Origin: Stegostoma tigrinum | Lineage: Eukaryota | Direction: 5' to 3' | DNA: 64,000 nt | NCBI RefSeq assembly: GCF_030684315.1 | Contig: NC_081365.1 | Location: 47,849,205 to 47,913,204 of the forward strand | The notes under the pieces: generated by a model | Database searches by the model: none | Told to the model about the DNA's origin: nothing | What the model saw: the letters and a program-made list of their open reading frames with translations, nothing else | Position numbers and translations under genes: made by a program | Shown: positions 63,066 through 64,000 of the stretch, piece by piece | How the letters are laid out: each line of letters opens with the position of its first letter | Position numbering within the stretch: the stretch's first letter is position 1

Positions 63066-64000
63066 TCCATTCCCTGCTCTTCAGCATATATCACAACTGT
63101 TTTTCCTGCTCCAGTTATGCAGAGCACAGCATGCTTGGATTATGTAGCACATTATACTGAGGGTATTGCAAGATCTCCCAGGCCAGTTGAAGCATCAAAA
63201 CCCCATCTTCAGCATGCTCATCATTTACCACACCATGGCTCTGGTAGAAGAATGAGCTGCATAGTATCTGCACTTAGCTTCAGTCAGGGCTTGAGTTATG
63301 GAACCATTGGTCATGGGGGTTGGTTAGCTCAGTTGAATTGATAGCTGGTTTCTGATATAGAGTGACACCAGCAGCATGGGTTTAATTCCTGCATCAGTTG
63401 AGGTTACCATGAAAAGTCTCAACCCCTCCCCTTGCCTTAGGTCTGTTGACTGTCTGGTTAAACTCATTGCTAGTCATCTCTCTCTGAAATTGAACTATGG
63501 CGAATTTACTTACTTTACATCAGCCATGGTCTCCTGATGACAATCCTTGAAAGGCATCCAGCCCTTGACAGTTTAGCATATCTCTCCATACAATGGAATA
63601 TAGAGGACTCCAACAAGCAGAGCCAAGGAATGACTCTCAATGAGCTTTTGGCATTCAGGCCCTCTTCCGATGAATGTAGCACAAGCCACACCAAATAACA
63701 GATGTGAGATATGGTAAGTGCTGCATGATTTCTGATATCCTGACCCCTGACATCTATGAAGAAAGGCAGCATCACATATAGAGCTTTCTGGTGAATACGT
63801 AGGTGAGATGATATGATTTCTGTTCCCCTGATGAGCATAGGAGACTTTGGATTGTCTTAGTGAAATATGGCCTGTGAGTATAACCTCCAAGATCACTTGT
63901 GATTACTTTTTCTTCACAGAGATAACAATGCTCAATCCACAATGACCAGTCCCTTCTGGTTCTTGACTCTCCAACCAGCATAAACATCTTGCCGGCATCT

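Overview
Eukaryotic, repeat-rich genomic DNA. It is almost certainly from a cartilaginous fish (shark), inferred from HE1-type V-SINEs, HER1/CR1 LINE tails and DeuSINE-like relics. One complete protein-coding gene can be assembled by hand on the minus strand from five exons: 60196-60154, 55184-54849, 52923-52588, 48593-48476 and 48383-48332 (885 nt, 294 aa, all GT-AG, phases consistent). It encodes a CD200/OX-2- and nectin-receptor-like type I membrane protein with signal peptide, two tandemly duplicated IgV domains (no C2 exon seen), a TM segment and a short tail carrying a consensus ITIM (LFYPRI). ISRE and NF-kB motifs lie just upstream. A CpG island at about 2130-2700 holds three RFX X-box-like motifs, a CRE and a probable first coding exon (MAETG...) of a second minus-strand gene that leaves the window. 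The remainder is mostly retroelement debris: CR1/HER1, Rex1/Babar, SINEs and Penelope-like elements (PLE). The PLE material includes one RT+GIY-YIG copy with inverted terminal repeats and about 20 short, often palindromic, TSD-flanked derivatives. These fall into three families, each carrying a minimal hammerhead-ribozyme core. Most ORFs in the supplied track are spurious or transposon-derived. Repeat boundaries are approximate, and no searches or folding computations were run.
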